64,000 bases of DNA from Verrucomicrobiia bacterium. GTDB lineage: Bacteria > Desulfobacterota > Binatia > UBA9968. Below are positions 51,658 through 60,806 of this stretch, in pieces. The position numbers and the translations under genes are program-made. The first letter of the stretch is position 1. Each line of letters opens with the position of its first letter. A model generated the notes under the pieces. It did not search any database. It saw only the letters and a list, made by a program, of their open reading frames with translations, and was not told the origin of the DNA. The stretch covers positions 13,791 to 77,790 of the forward strand of contig DATJFG010000186.1 in the NCBI GenBank assembly GCA_035495775.1, written 5' to 3'.

Positions 51658-52878
51658 TCAGGCAAGGTTCGGCTGGTATACCGCCAGCCATTGGGAACGG
51701 ACATTGCGCCACACGTGCTTTTCCAATTCCTTTCTCGCTTCGCGCGCCATGGTTGCGGCCCGCTCGGGCTCTTTCAGCAAGTGCTCCACGGCATCGGCCA
51801 TCGCTTGCGGATCGTCGGGTGAAATGATGCATCCCGTCTCGCCGTTGCGCACCATGTCGGTGATACCACCCGTTGCGGTGCTGACGATGGGTGTTCCGGT
51901 CGCGGCGGCCTCGAGAACTGACAAAGGCTGGTTGTCGACGATTGAAGAGTTGACGAAAATATCCGCTTCATCGTAAACCGCGGAAATGCGAGAAGGTTCG
52001 ACTCTCCCGAGGAAGCGAATGCTCTCGTCAGTAAATGGCGCTGCCAGCCGCCGCAGCCGCTCCGCTTCGCTGCCTGATCCGGCGATCGTCAAAGTCATGT
52101 CGGGGTAGCGCGGTTTGAGCAGCGCAAAGGCTCTGATCGTATTGTCCACCCGGTAGATCGGTTCGAGATTGCGCGTCGAGACGAGCCTGGGGTGGAGTGG
52201 CGTGCGCTCGCGAAAATGAAAGTGCGAGAGATCGACGACGTTCGGGATAACGCGTGCCTGGTATCCGTGATGCGCGAAGACTTTTCTCAGATATTCGGAG
52301 GGGACGACGAGCTCGTCCACGAGCTTCAGCCACGGATGAACGAACGATCCCCAGCGCTCCAGGTGATCCGCGGCTTCGCCGCTGTGGTAATTGAGAATCA
52401 CGCGTTTGCCGAACTTTTTCGCGGCTAGAATTGCCGGGACTGGAGCGAGGAGAAAAGACCAATACGAAGCCGAGAACACATGCACCACGTCGACGTGCTG
52501 CAGCCTATAAAGGCTCGGAACGTAGAGCGCTTCGTTGGCAATGGTTCTTAAATAACGCGCACGTCTGAGCCACTTGAGCCCTCGTGGGAATGCCGGGTTG
52601 ATCGCGATGAAATCAACCCGGCATCCCTCGCCGCGAAGCCGTTCGCACAAAAGCCGCGCCTGGACTTCTTGACCCCCGACGATATCGAGGCTGCCGGCGA
52701 CGACGGCGATACGGAAGCGGTCGGCGGAATCCAGCGTTGAATTGCTGTTTTCCGAACCCGCGCTCTCGAGCGGTTGAATCGAGTTAATGGCCAATGAGCG
52801 TAGGGCCGAGCGCGTTTGAACGCGCGAGTTACTTCGCGGAGTTAACCGGCTGAAGACGCTCCCCGATATAAAATACAT
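51658..52878 (-). CDS. GT4-family (GT-B) glycosyltransferase
   Basis: RIAVVAGSLDIVGGQEV.. N-domain and C-terminal E..PLSVLEAAATGTPIVST motif. ATG 52878 overlaps the methyltransferase gene by 50 nt, so the true start is uncertain. Confidence 0.8.
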   Translation of the reverse strand: MYFISGSVFSRLTPRSNSRVQTRSALRSLAINSIQPLESAGSENSNSTLDSADRFRIAVVAGSLDIVGGQEVQARLLCERLRGEGCRVDFIAINPAFPRGLKWLRRARYLRTIANEALYVPSLYRLQHVDVVHVFSASYWSFLLAPVPAILAAKKFGKRVILNYHSGEAADHLERWGSFVHPWLKLVDELVVPSEYLRKVFAHHGYQARVIPNVVDLSHFHFRERTPLHPRLVSTRNLEPIYRVDNTIRAFALLKPRYPDMTLTIAGSGSEAERLRRLAAPFTDESIRFLGRVEPSRISAVYDEADIFVNSSIVDNQPLSVLEAAATGTPIVSTATGGITDMVRNGETGCIISPDDPQAMADAVEHLLKEPERAATMAREARKELEKHVWRNVRSQWLAVYQPNLA

Positions 52879-53656
52879 GCGGGGCGAGCCATCGCATTTC
52901 CGGCGCGAATGCCTTTCCCAAAGTGCGATTCCACGCTTCGGAGCTCATGCCTAAGATCCAACACAGCCGATCATGGATGCGCCGACGCAGTGGAGGCGTA
53001 TGGGGCTGAGAGGCGGATAAATAGCCGTCGCAAAAACCCACGTAGCCGGAGGCGATCGTCTTAAAGCCCGCGATCTCGTGAATATGCCTGAGCTTGTCTG
53101 TGTTGTAGATGACATGCATGTCATACCTCTCCCGATCGGCAAAACGTTGCATGAGCGAGTTAAGGCCTTGCAAATTCGGCACGAGAGTAAGAATACGTCC
53201 GCCAGGGCGCAAATAATTCGCCAAGATCGCCGCGCGACGTTCGGCGTCGTCGAAATGTTCCATGACACCCCACGAATAGATAAAATCGAACCGGCGAAAA
53301 AGATCTTGGTTTTCTTGTAAATCGAAAGCGTCGCGGCAAAGGACCTCTCCGTTCGCGCCTGCGCCCGTCAGATTCGCCTGTGCGAGGCGCGCCGCAAACG
53401 GCTCAACATCAATACCGATGACCGTGCAGTTTTGCCGGCGCGCGAGATAAGCGAGCCATGGAGAACGGCCGCATCCTATTTCCAGGATTGTGGGTCTTTC
53501 GGCCCAATTCACATAGGTGTCAAACAACCTCATAATCCGTCGGTCGCACAGCCGTTTGGAATTGGGCAAGATGGGAGAGGCCCTCAGCTGATCTTCAGTC
53601 TCCGAATAATACCCGCCGCCTTCCTTCCATAGAGCGTCGCTTGCGCGTACCATCAT
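52829..53656 (-). CDS. class I SAM-dependent methyltransferase
   Basis: ILEIGCGRSPW motif I and IGIDV motif II. CAGGAGGCG RBS. Confidence 0.85.
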   Translation of the reverse strand: MMVRASDALWKEGGGYYSETEDQLRASPILPNSKRLCDRRIMRLFDTYVNWAERPTILEIGCGRSPWLAYLARRQNCTVIGIDVEPFAARLAQANLTGAGANGEVLCRDAFDLQENQDLFRRFDFIYSWGVMEHFDDAERRAAILANYLRPGGRILTLVPNLQGLNSLMQRFADRERYDMHVIYNTDKLRHIHEIAGFKTIASGYVGFCDGYLSASQPHTPPLRRRIHDRLCWILGMSSEAWNRTLGKAFAPEMRWLAPHVFYIGERLQPVNSAK

Positions 53657-53672
53657 CGCCTCCTGACGTAGC

Positions 53673-55100
53673 TTATCGCGCCGCCTTATTTGCGGCGGAA
53701 CGATCTTGCGAATAGAGAAGTTGCGCCGGGACCTTGACTATGAATGCATCCATCCGGCTGCCGCCCAAATTGCTCGTCCAGATGAAATATCGGCCGGTGA
53801 CGTCGAGATTACCTTTCGGCGCTTTGCAATAGTCGTCGCATGGACCGGGCGCATCGGGGTTCGTCATCACCGGAGCAACTACAAGAGTGTTGTGAGATGT
53901 ATCGAGACGAAAACAGACGATCTCGTTTTCCTGTCTGCCGTGATCTAAATTGCTGCCGCAGGCATATTGCTCTTCGGCCGGCACTCCTGCTCGCCGGTTC
54001 TGGTGGCTCACGTGATTGGCGACTGCCGTATCCCAGTCGCTGTTGTAGTGCACAACTGTCCCAGGCCACTTAGTATTTGCTGGGGGGAATTTGATCACCG
54101 CCGTGGTGTTCGGCAGGCGATGATGCCCATTCGCGCCTACAGCGTAGCCGTCGCCCATATCTAAATGGCCGAGCCGCCCGGCCGTTTGTCCCGGAAGAAC
54201 GGTCTCTGTGTTATTTTGTAAATCGATAATGCGGTTGCCCAGACCGTCGACCGGGTCGCCGTCAATGATCAACAGCCATCGTCCGCCCCGGTCCAGATTA
54301 CACTCGTCATATTTTCCTTTTCGCGGAAAATAGGAGAAGCTGTTGGAGGGCTGATGATAAACGAGACATCCCATCATCTCCTTTTCTTTCGTTGCGACGT
54401 GAGTGCCGTCACTACAGCCGGCCTTTTTGCAGAGTAACGTGCCGGAATGCACCCGATCATCAGCGCTTGAATGATTTTGGGTGACTCCCTTATCGGATCC
54501 GAAGCGAGCGCGAACGTCGAAGACTATCTCAAACTTTTTAACCACAACATCGTAGCGATAGAATGTCGGGCCGCTGTCGTTAACGTAAAGTTTTGTCGGC
54601 TGCGTGGCACTGAAGTACCAGTCGGCCCCTGGATACCAACTGAACGAGCTCGTCGGATCGAATATCGGGCCTAAATTTTTCACCTCGTCGGTGACTTTAT
54701 TGTAAGTGAACAGCGTCGGTCCCGTTCCTCCTAGGCTGCGGTTGAGGCTCAAGAAGATGAGCATGGTATCGCTGCCCACATGATTGTTCATGTTCATCCA
54801 ATAAGAGTAGCCGACGTACGTCACGCAATCCTTGCCGCCGCAATCTTCAGGCACCGTGATGCGAATGCCTTCGGTATTATACGGGGAAGGAAACTTGAAT
54901 TTGCCGCGCCGCGGTGGAACGAAGGACTGGATTTGAGAAGCGGTGAGGCGTGGGCGAACGGCATGGCTCCCCGCCTTTTCGATAAAACCTCCAGGAAATG
55001 ACTGGCCACGCGACGACGTGTTCCATATGAGGAGTGTCGCAAGCACGGTCACAGCAGACAACTGCATGGCTCGAAAGCTGTTTTGGCAAAATTTTCTCAT
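53673..55100 (-). CDS. secreted protein, paralogue C: the unknown ~440-aa N-domain alone
   Basis: Start moved to ATG 55100 (MRKFCQNSFRAMQLSAVTVLATLLIW..). Mature part SFPGGFIEK..RPRLT.SQIQSF.P.RGKF.FP.PYNTEGIRIT.P.DCGG.DCV.YVGYSYW.NMNNH aligns with paralogues A and B. The track's longer ORF overlaps the upstream gene. Confidence 0.8.
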   Translation of the reverse strand: MRKFCQNSFRAMQLSAVTVLATLLIWNTSSRGQSFPGGFIEKAGSHAVRPRLTASQIQSFVPPRRGKFKFPSPYNTEGIRITVPEDCGGKDCVTYVGYSYWMNMNNHVGSDTMLIFLSLNRSLGGTGPTLFTYNKVTDEVKNLGPIFDPTSSFSWYPGADWYFSATQPTKLYVNDSGPTFYRYDVVVKKFEIVFDVRARFGSDKGVTQNHSSADDRVHSGTLLCKKAGCSDGTHVATKEKEMMGCLVYHQPSNSFSYFPRKGKYDECNLDRGGRWLLIIDGDPVDGLGNRIIDLQNNTETVLPGQTAGRLGHLDMGDGYAVGANGHHRLPNTTAVIKFPPANTKWPGTVVHYNSDWDTAVANHVSHQNRRAGVPAEEQYACGSNLDHGRQENEIVCFRLDTSHNTLVVAPVMTNPDAPGPCDDYCKAPKGNLDVTGRYFIWTSNLGGSRMDAFIVKVPAQLLYSQDRSAANKAAR

Positions 55101-55140
55101 GATCGATTTCCGCTCCCGCGGGTCGAGGGTAATGACACCT

Positions 55141-57042
55141 TCACGAGGCGGCGCGAAGCGGCGCCGTTCGTACATCGCTGTCCGGCCAGCGCGCCGCCCG
55201 ATCGAGAAATGTCCGGCACCAGAGCTCGAAGGAGATGAGCGTCCAAAGCTCGATGTCACGCCGGCGGCCCTGCTCGTGAATGCGCAGCAGTTTTTCGATA
55301 TAGGAGGGTTCAAAGATGCCGCGTTGACTGCTCCGGCTTGAGAGCAATAGATCGCGCACAAAGCTCGCGAGGTTCCCGCGGAACCAGTCCTCCAGCGGAA
55401 CGGCGAATCCTTGTTTCGGACGATTAATGATGGTGTCCGGCAGAATGCCGCGCAGCGCACGCTTGAAAATATATTTAGTATCACCCTGTCGGAGCTTCAA
55501 CTCGGGAGGAATCGTGGCGGCGAATTCGACCAGCTTATGATCGAGCAGCGGCTCACGCGCCTCGATCGAGCAAGCCATGCTCATCCGATCGACTTTGGTC
55601 AGGATATCGAGCGGCAGATAGCTGTGGATATCGAGATATTGGACGGACGAGAGCCAATGGCCCTTGTCAGCAAAGGCACCATATCCGTTATTTTGGCATC
55701 CGAGGGTGAGGATCTCCCGAATTTCACGACGCAGAAGTGCCTGCTTGTCCTCGTTCGGAAATAACACCAGCGAATCCAGATAGCGCGCGTGACCGTCAAG
55801 CGAGTAGTGATAGATGAGATTCCGCCCCTTCATCCCCAGCGGCATGAGCGAGGCGGTCCAGGCCAGAGCTTTTCTTGCCGGCGCGGGGATGTAATGTCGC
55901 CGCTCTCGTTCTTCAACGAGATATTTTTCATATCCGGCGAATATCTCGTCGCCACCGTCCCCCGAAAGCACGACTTTAACGTGGTCGGCGGCGAGCCGCG
56001 AGACCATATACGTGGGAATGCACGAGGGATCGCCGAGCGGCTCGTCGAGATACCACGCGAGTTCGTCCATCAACGCCAATGCATCAGGTTCAAGGACGAG
56101 CTCGTGGTGTTCGGTGCCGAAGCGCTCCGCGACGATCCGGGCGTGCGCGAGCTCGTTATAGCGGACTTCTTTGAAGCCGATGGAAAAGGTCTTCACCGGC
56201 GCCGACGCAAGGCGCGTCATCATTGCGACGACCGAGCTCGAATCGATCCCACCGCTTAAAAATGCTCCGAGGGGCACGTCGCTCACGAGCCTCAATCGTA
56301 CCGATTCGAGCAAAAGCTCGCGCAGGCGCTCGACGAAGTATTCTTCGTCATGATTGTAATCGGGTTCGAAGCAGACGTCCCAATAGCGCTGGACGGTGGG
56401 ACGGCGGCCGGGTCCGGCGATCAAAATATGACCGGCCTCGAGTTTATGCACTCCCTCGATCAGGCTTTCGGTGGCGGGTGTATACTGCGAGCTCAAAAGG
56501 TAATCGAAGCTCGCCCAGTTGATCCGTCTTTCAACCTCGGGCAACCGTAAGAGAGATTTTAGCTCCGAAGCGAACGCCAGCCGTCCTCCGGCTTCGGTAT
56601 AATAGAGGGGCTTGACGCCCAAACGGTCGCGCGCCAACAGTAGAGTTTTCCGAGTCTCGTCCCATACGGCGAAGGTGAACATGCCGCGCATTTTTTCCAC
56701 GCAGCGCGGGCCGGATTCTTCATAGAGATGCGCGATGACTTCCGTATCCGTCGAGGTGTAGAACGAGTGGCCGCGGTGCTCGAGATCGTCCCTCAACTCC
56801 TTGAAGTTGTAGATCTCACCATTGAAGACGACCCAGACCGAGCCGTCTTCGTTTCGGACCGGCTGATGTCCCGTCGCTAGATCGATGATGCTCAAGCGGC
56901 GCATCCCGAGGCCGATCCCGACGGCTATATATGAGCCTTCGTCATCTGGGCCGCGGTGGACGATCGCATCACACATATGACCGATCTCCTGTCGCGCGAC
57001 GGGGTGGTCGCCGAGGCTCATGATTCCTACAATGCCGCACAT
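55141..57042 (-). CDS. asparagine synthase (glutamine-hydrolysing)-family amidotransferase, EPS-locus type (copy 2)
   Basis: MCGIVG, GHQPV, SGGIDSS PP-loop. 633 aa, collinear with copy 1. Confidence 0.9.
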   Translation of the reverse strand: MCGIVGIMSLGDHPVARQEIGHMCDAIVHRGPDDEGSYIAVGIGLGMRRLSIIDLATGHQPVRNEDGSVWVVFNGEIYNFKELRDDLEHRGHSFYTSTDTEVIAHLYEESGPRCVEKMRGMFTFAVWDETRKTLLLARDRLGVKPLYYTEAGGRLAFASELKSLLRLPEVERRINWASFDYLLSSQYTPATESLIEGVHKLEAGHILIAGPGRRPTVQRYWDVCFEPDYNHDEEYFVERLRELLLESVRLRLVSDVPLGAFLSGGIDSSSVVAMMTRLASAPVKTFSIGFKEVRYNELAHARIVAERFGTEHHELVLEPDALALMDELAWYLDEPLGDPSCIPTYMVSRLAADHVKVVLSGDGGDEIFAGYEKYLVEERERRHYIPAPARKALAWTASLMPLGMKGRNLIYHYSLDGHARYLDSLVLFPNEDKQALLRREIREILTLGCQNNGYGAFADKGHWLSSVQYLDIHSYLPLDILTKVDRMSMACSIEAREPLLDHKLVEFAATIPPELKLRQGDTKYIFKRALRGILPDTIINRPKQGFAVPLEDWFRGNLASFVRDLLLSSRSSQRGIFEPSYIEKLLRIHEQGRRRDIELWTLISFELWCRTFLDRAARWPDSDVRTAPLRAAS

Positions 57043-57067
57043 CGAACGATCCTCTCTGGACGTTTAG

Positions 57068-58573
57068 TTATAGCTCTTTGATCTGGTGCCCGACTTTGGT
57101 CATCCTTGTCGGAAACCGCTGCAATGAACGCCAAAGCACTTGACGTTCCTCAGCGGTCACAAGCCCAAAAATAAAACCTAATGCGACATAGATTATGCCG
57201 AAAGACATGCCTGAAAGCACAAGCGTCAGCAAAACGGGGGTCTCGAGATGCGACTTCAGCAGCATGGTGGCGGTTCCAGCAGCCACTGTCACGATGAGAT
57301 TCAATGTCAGATCTTTCCATGGCAAAAGATTGGCCAAACCGATGTGCGCTAGCCGTTTGAATCTGGCTAAAGAAAGGATCTTTGCCAAGAAGGACGCCAA
57401 AACCGTCACCATGGCGGCGCCCCACACGTTAAAAAACGAAATGAACCAATAAATGAGGGCGACGGTTAGCGCGAGTTTCAGTGCATAGACGAACAGTAGA
57501 AAGCCGGTCTCGGCATAAACCCGCAGCACGCTGTCGGTTTGCAGTACGGGAAGCAACACGGTCGTGGACCAGATCATGAAAATCGGTATGCTTCCCACAT
57601 AACTTTCGGTAAATAGAAAAACGATTAATTCGTGTGCCGTAACGAGGATCAATCCAAGCATTGGAAAAAAAACCAGTGCGAGTTTGCGGGTGGTGTCGTT
57701 CCAAACGCCGAGAACGGCGTTGCTCTGACCGTCTCTGAGCTCTTCGGCCATTCTGACCATCATCACGTTACTGACTGGACTGTGGACGAGTTCGACCAGC
57801 GGGATATTAAGACAGCCCACGGCGTAGACGGCGAAGGTCGCGGCGTCGAAATAATGGGAAACAGCATATTGGTGAAATTGTCCGCTCCAGTCCGCCAAAA
57901 GGCTCGAGCCAGCGAGCGGCAGCGCATAACTAAGTTGATCTTTGAGGGTAGTAATCTCCGGAAAAATTTCGCCCTTAAACTCACGGAAGAGATATACAAG
58001 AGTAGCCGCAAGCCTAAGGGCGGCGAAAAGAATAGCACCGAAAAGCAGCCAACGGAGTTCACCAAACAGAAGGGCGGGGATGATAAAAGCTGCACCGCGC
58101 AGCATCTCGGAAACTGCATAAGCCAAAGCCGTCGCCATGAAGCGCTTGCGTGCGGTCATGACAATTTCCAACACGGCCGAAGCGACTGAAAGTAACAGAT
58201 AGATGCCGACATAGGGGATATAAGCTGTGAGCCGAGGGTTTCCGAGCAATCCGGCGACCTCGCTCGAATACCAGCAAAGCAGCCCTAGGCCGGCGATGCC
58301 TGCCGTTGCCAATATGATCAGCGAGTTCGCCGCGTAATGGCCGGCTTTCTGTGGCGTTAGAGGCAGAAAATAGTAAAGGCTTTCTGCCATGCCGAACTGT
58401 AAAAGGTTAAATAGAGTGGCGAAAATCAGAAAGACTTGCTTATAGGTGCCGAATATCGTTTGATCGAATACTCGGACCAGCACGACCGGAATGAAGAACG
58501 TCGTGGCGAACGCCACCATTCTTCCCGCCATCAATAGCAGCGCGGGTTTAAACGTTGACTTCATAGCTCCCAC
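57068..58573 (-). CDS. MOP-superfamily oligosaccharide flippase (Wzx-like)
   Basis: About 12-14 TM helices and an N-terminal pattern typical of polysaccharide-biosynthesis (Polysacc_synt) proteins. Confidence 0.75.
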   Translation of the reverse strand: MGAMKSTFKPALLLMAGRMVAFATTFFIPVVLVRVFDQTIFGTYKQVFLIFATLFNLLQFGMAESLYYFLPLTPQKAGHYAANSLIILATAGIAGLGLLCWYSSEVAGLLGNPRLTAYIPYVGIYLLLSVASAVLEIVMTARKRFMATALAYAVSEMLRGAAFIIPALLFGELRWLLFGAILFAALRLAATLVYLFREFKGEIFPEITTLKDQLSYALPLAGSSLLADWSGQFHQYAVSHYFDAATFAVYAVGCLNIPLVELVHSPVSNVMMVRMAEELRDGQSNAVLGVWNDTTRKLALVFFPMLGLILVTAHELIVFLFTESYVGSIPIFMIWSTTVLLPVLQTDSVLRVYAETGFLLFVYALKLALTVALIYWFISFFNVWGAAMVTVLASFLAKILSLARFKRLAHIGLANLLPWKDLTLNLIVTVAAGTATMLLKSHLETPVLLTLVLSGMSFGIIYVALGFIFGLVTAEERQVLWRSLQRFPTRMTKVGHQIKEL

Positions 58574-59651
58574 GCAGAGAATGCGCGATGTAACCGCCGT
58601 TGCAATTTAAGCCGAAGTCGAACAAGCCGCTGACAAGGCAATCCAGCAGAGCCGGCGAGAATCGGCCGACGGGATCGACGCAGGATTTTTCCCAAAGGAC
58701 TCTTCGCGGTATCGTCAGAAGCGGACAATCGGAACGGCGGATTGGGCCGGTTGTGTAGGCGAAGCGATAGCCCGAGCTGGCGAGCGCTTTGACTGTCGAA
58801 TCGTTGAATCTGCCATCGGGATAGGCGAAATGAAGGATTCTCGCTCCCAGCCGTTGTTCGAGCTCCCGGCGCGATCCCTCGATCTCATCACGGATTTTTT
58901 CCTGGCTCTCGTTGGGAAGCACGGCGTGCGTCCGCGTATGGGAACCGACGACCACGCCGCTTTGGTGCATCTTCTTCACCATTTCCCAAGTTAAGGCGTG
59001 CTGCGCTTCCCGAGGACCCGGCACCAATCCGGTTTGTTTTTCCAAAAGGCCGATTAACCTTTCGATCTCGCATTGTGGCAAAACCCCGAGTAGGGAGTTC
59101 ACGGCTTTTGAATAATCCACGACGCCGTTGCCGAAATTTTGCGGATCCAACGGCGGTATATCGAGAGCAAGCAAGGATGCGAGTAGTTCGCGGGGCGACG
59201 GAACTTTCGAAGCGAACGCCATGACCAACAGTAGATAAAGCTTGTCGTGATATTGCAACTTGGACGTGCCGATGACGTCGGTGACTACAAACAGCGCGGC
59301 CGGAATGCCTTTGCGCTTGAGCAGTGGCCAAGCGTGGTCATACACATCCTGATAGCCGTCGTCGAACGTGACGGCAGCAAGCGGCTTCGGAAAGCTCTTT
59401 TTCCCCTGTAGCGATGTCGCCAACTCGTCGAGTGAGACAAACCTATAGCGGGAGCCGATCCAGTCCAGCTGTCGCTCCAACATCGCGACACTGATGAGCA
59501 TTGCCGGTATCGAATCCTGCGAATGCAGCGAGAAATCGTCGACGACTCTGTGGTAGCTCAACACCAGCGGCGCATCCTTTCTGATCCAACGTGTCACGCC
59601 GGTCCAATGGAGCGCCGAGGCGGCGCCTGTCTTAACGAGATTGCGCAGCAT
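58548..59651 (-). CDS. polysaccharide deacetylase (NodB homology, CE4)
   Basis: VTFDDGYQDVYDHAWPLLKRKGIPAALFV (motif 1), GSHTRTH (motif 2), AYPDG. Confidence 0.85.
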   Translation of the reverse strand: MLRNLVKTGAASALHWTGVTRWIRKDAPLVLSYHRVVDDFSLHSQDSIPAMLISVAMLERQLDWIGSRYRFVSLDELATSLQGKKSFPKPLAAVTFDDGYQDVYDHAWPLLKRKGIPAALFVVTDVIGTSKLQYHDKLYLLLVMAFASKVPSPRELLASLLALDIPPLDPQNFGNGVVDYSKAVNSLLGVLPQCEIERLIGLLEKQTGLVPGPREAQHALTWEMVKKMHQSGVVVGSHTRTHAVLPNESQEKIRDEIEGSRRELEQRLGARILHFAYPDGRFNDSTVKALASSGYRFAYTTGPIRRSDCPLLTIPRRVLWEKSCVDPVGRFSPALLDCLVSGLFDFGLNCNGGYIAHSLRGSYEVNV

Positions 59652-60798
59652 AGTATCCTTTCAGTTGCGCGGTTCTTCTCGCCGTCGCGATTTTCTCCGC
59701 GAGCGGTTTCGGAAGAATGGTCCAGCCGAGTCTCCTCGCAACGCGGCCGGCTTGGGAGATATGCCCATAGAGAAAGCCGGCCGCACTGGGAGGATAGACT
59801 TCCAATTTGTGGATCTCGCGCGTTGAGCGCGCCCAAAGAAATTTATAAGTCTCGCTTCCGTGGAGAAGGTCGTACTCCTGCGCTCCCTCTTCGAGCGCGA
59901 ATCGAATGGTAAGGCCCATGGCCACAAGTCCCGTGCTATAGCGGGCATAATCTGGATCGAGGCCGGATTGAAAAAAATAAAACCGCCCATGGTGGTGAAA
60001 TCCGTAGAGCGCTGCGGCCGGCAGGTCGTCGAGCGAAAGGATGAAAAGCCTGAGCCAGCCGCGTTCTAACGCGCGCTGCGAAAGTTCATCATGGAACGAG
60101 ACCATATCGGGTGTCGAAAAAGCCTCGGAGCGTCCTTTGTCGCGCCAGCGGCGCCGATGCAGATCAATCAGCGCGGCGAGAAAGTCGCGGCGTTGTTCTT
60201 CGGTTGCGGCTGACTCGAAGCGGAACGTAAAATCACGGCGGAGTTGCTTAAGCCGTCTTTGGAAGTTCGCACGGTGCGAAGCACCGAGACTCGCGAGATA
60301 AGAATCCCAGGTAGCACCGGTCAACTCGATGTACGGACAGATGTCGGTTGGGACTTCCCAGGAGCGATACCCGCTTCGCTCTCCGAGGGTTCGGGCGAGT
60401 CGCCGGGCTAGGGCGGAGCTTCGAAGTTGTCCTAAGTCGAGCAGCAGTTTCCGCTCCGCCAGGTACTCGGCCAACTCATCTATAGCCTCTCTTTCGCTGC
60501 CGTTTCGGACGATGAGATCTAGGTAGTCCGAGCCGGCAGCGCCCGATCCTAAAAACTCGAGGGTCGGTGGAATGCCGAAGCGCTCGGGTTTGGCGGCGAA
60601 CGGTGCCAAAGCGATCATCTTTCCGCCTGAGTGAAGCGTCAGGATGAAAAGCTTTCTTTGTCCGGACAGATGCTTCCACCACGTGAAGAGCCATTCCCAC
60701 GTCAAAAAGAAACAATTCGCTGAACTCGCATCGAGCAGGTCGCGCCATGCGCCGCGAAGTTGCTCGAAGTCTTCGGCAGTTTCGATTTTTACGACCAT
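59632..60798 (-). CDS. CelD/BioF2/FemAB-like GNAT-fold acyltransferase (copy 2 of 3)
   Basis: Start moved to ATG 60798, 8 nt after the upstream stop (MVVKIETAEDFEQLRGAWRDLL..). C-terminal YDLLHGSETYKFLWA motif. Confidence 0.7.
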   Translation of the reverse strand: MVVKIETAEDFEQLRGAWRDLLDASSANCFFLTWEWLFTWWKHLSGQRKLFILTLHSGGKMIALAPFAAKPERFGIPPTLEFLGSGAAGSDYLDLIVRNGSEREAIDELAEYLAERKLLLDLGQLRSSALARRLARTLGERSGYRSWEVPTDICPYIELTGATWDSYLASLGASHRANFQRRLKQLRRDFTFRFESAATEEQRRDFLAALIDLHRRRWRDKGRSEAFSTPDMVSFHDELSQRALERGWLRLFILSLDDLPAAALYGFHHHGRFYFFQSGLDPDYARYSTGLVAMGLTIRFALEEGAQEYDLLHGSETYKFLWARSTREIHKLEVYPPSAAGFLYGHISQAGRVARRLGWTILPKPLAEKIATARRTAQLKGYYAAQSR

Positions 60799-60806
60799 AA
60801 GCAACT

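Noticed and set aside
55101-55484. 128-aa N-terminal extension of paralogue C in the ORF track
   Set aside because: It overlaps the 3' end of the AsnB-type gene in another frame. The signal peptide and the homology to paralogues A and B start at ATG 55100.
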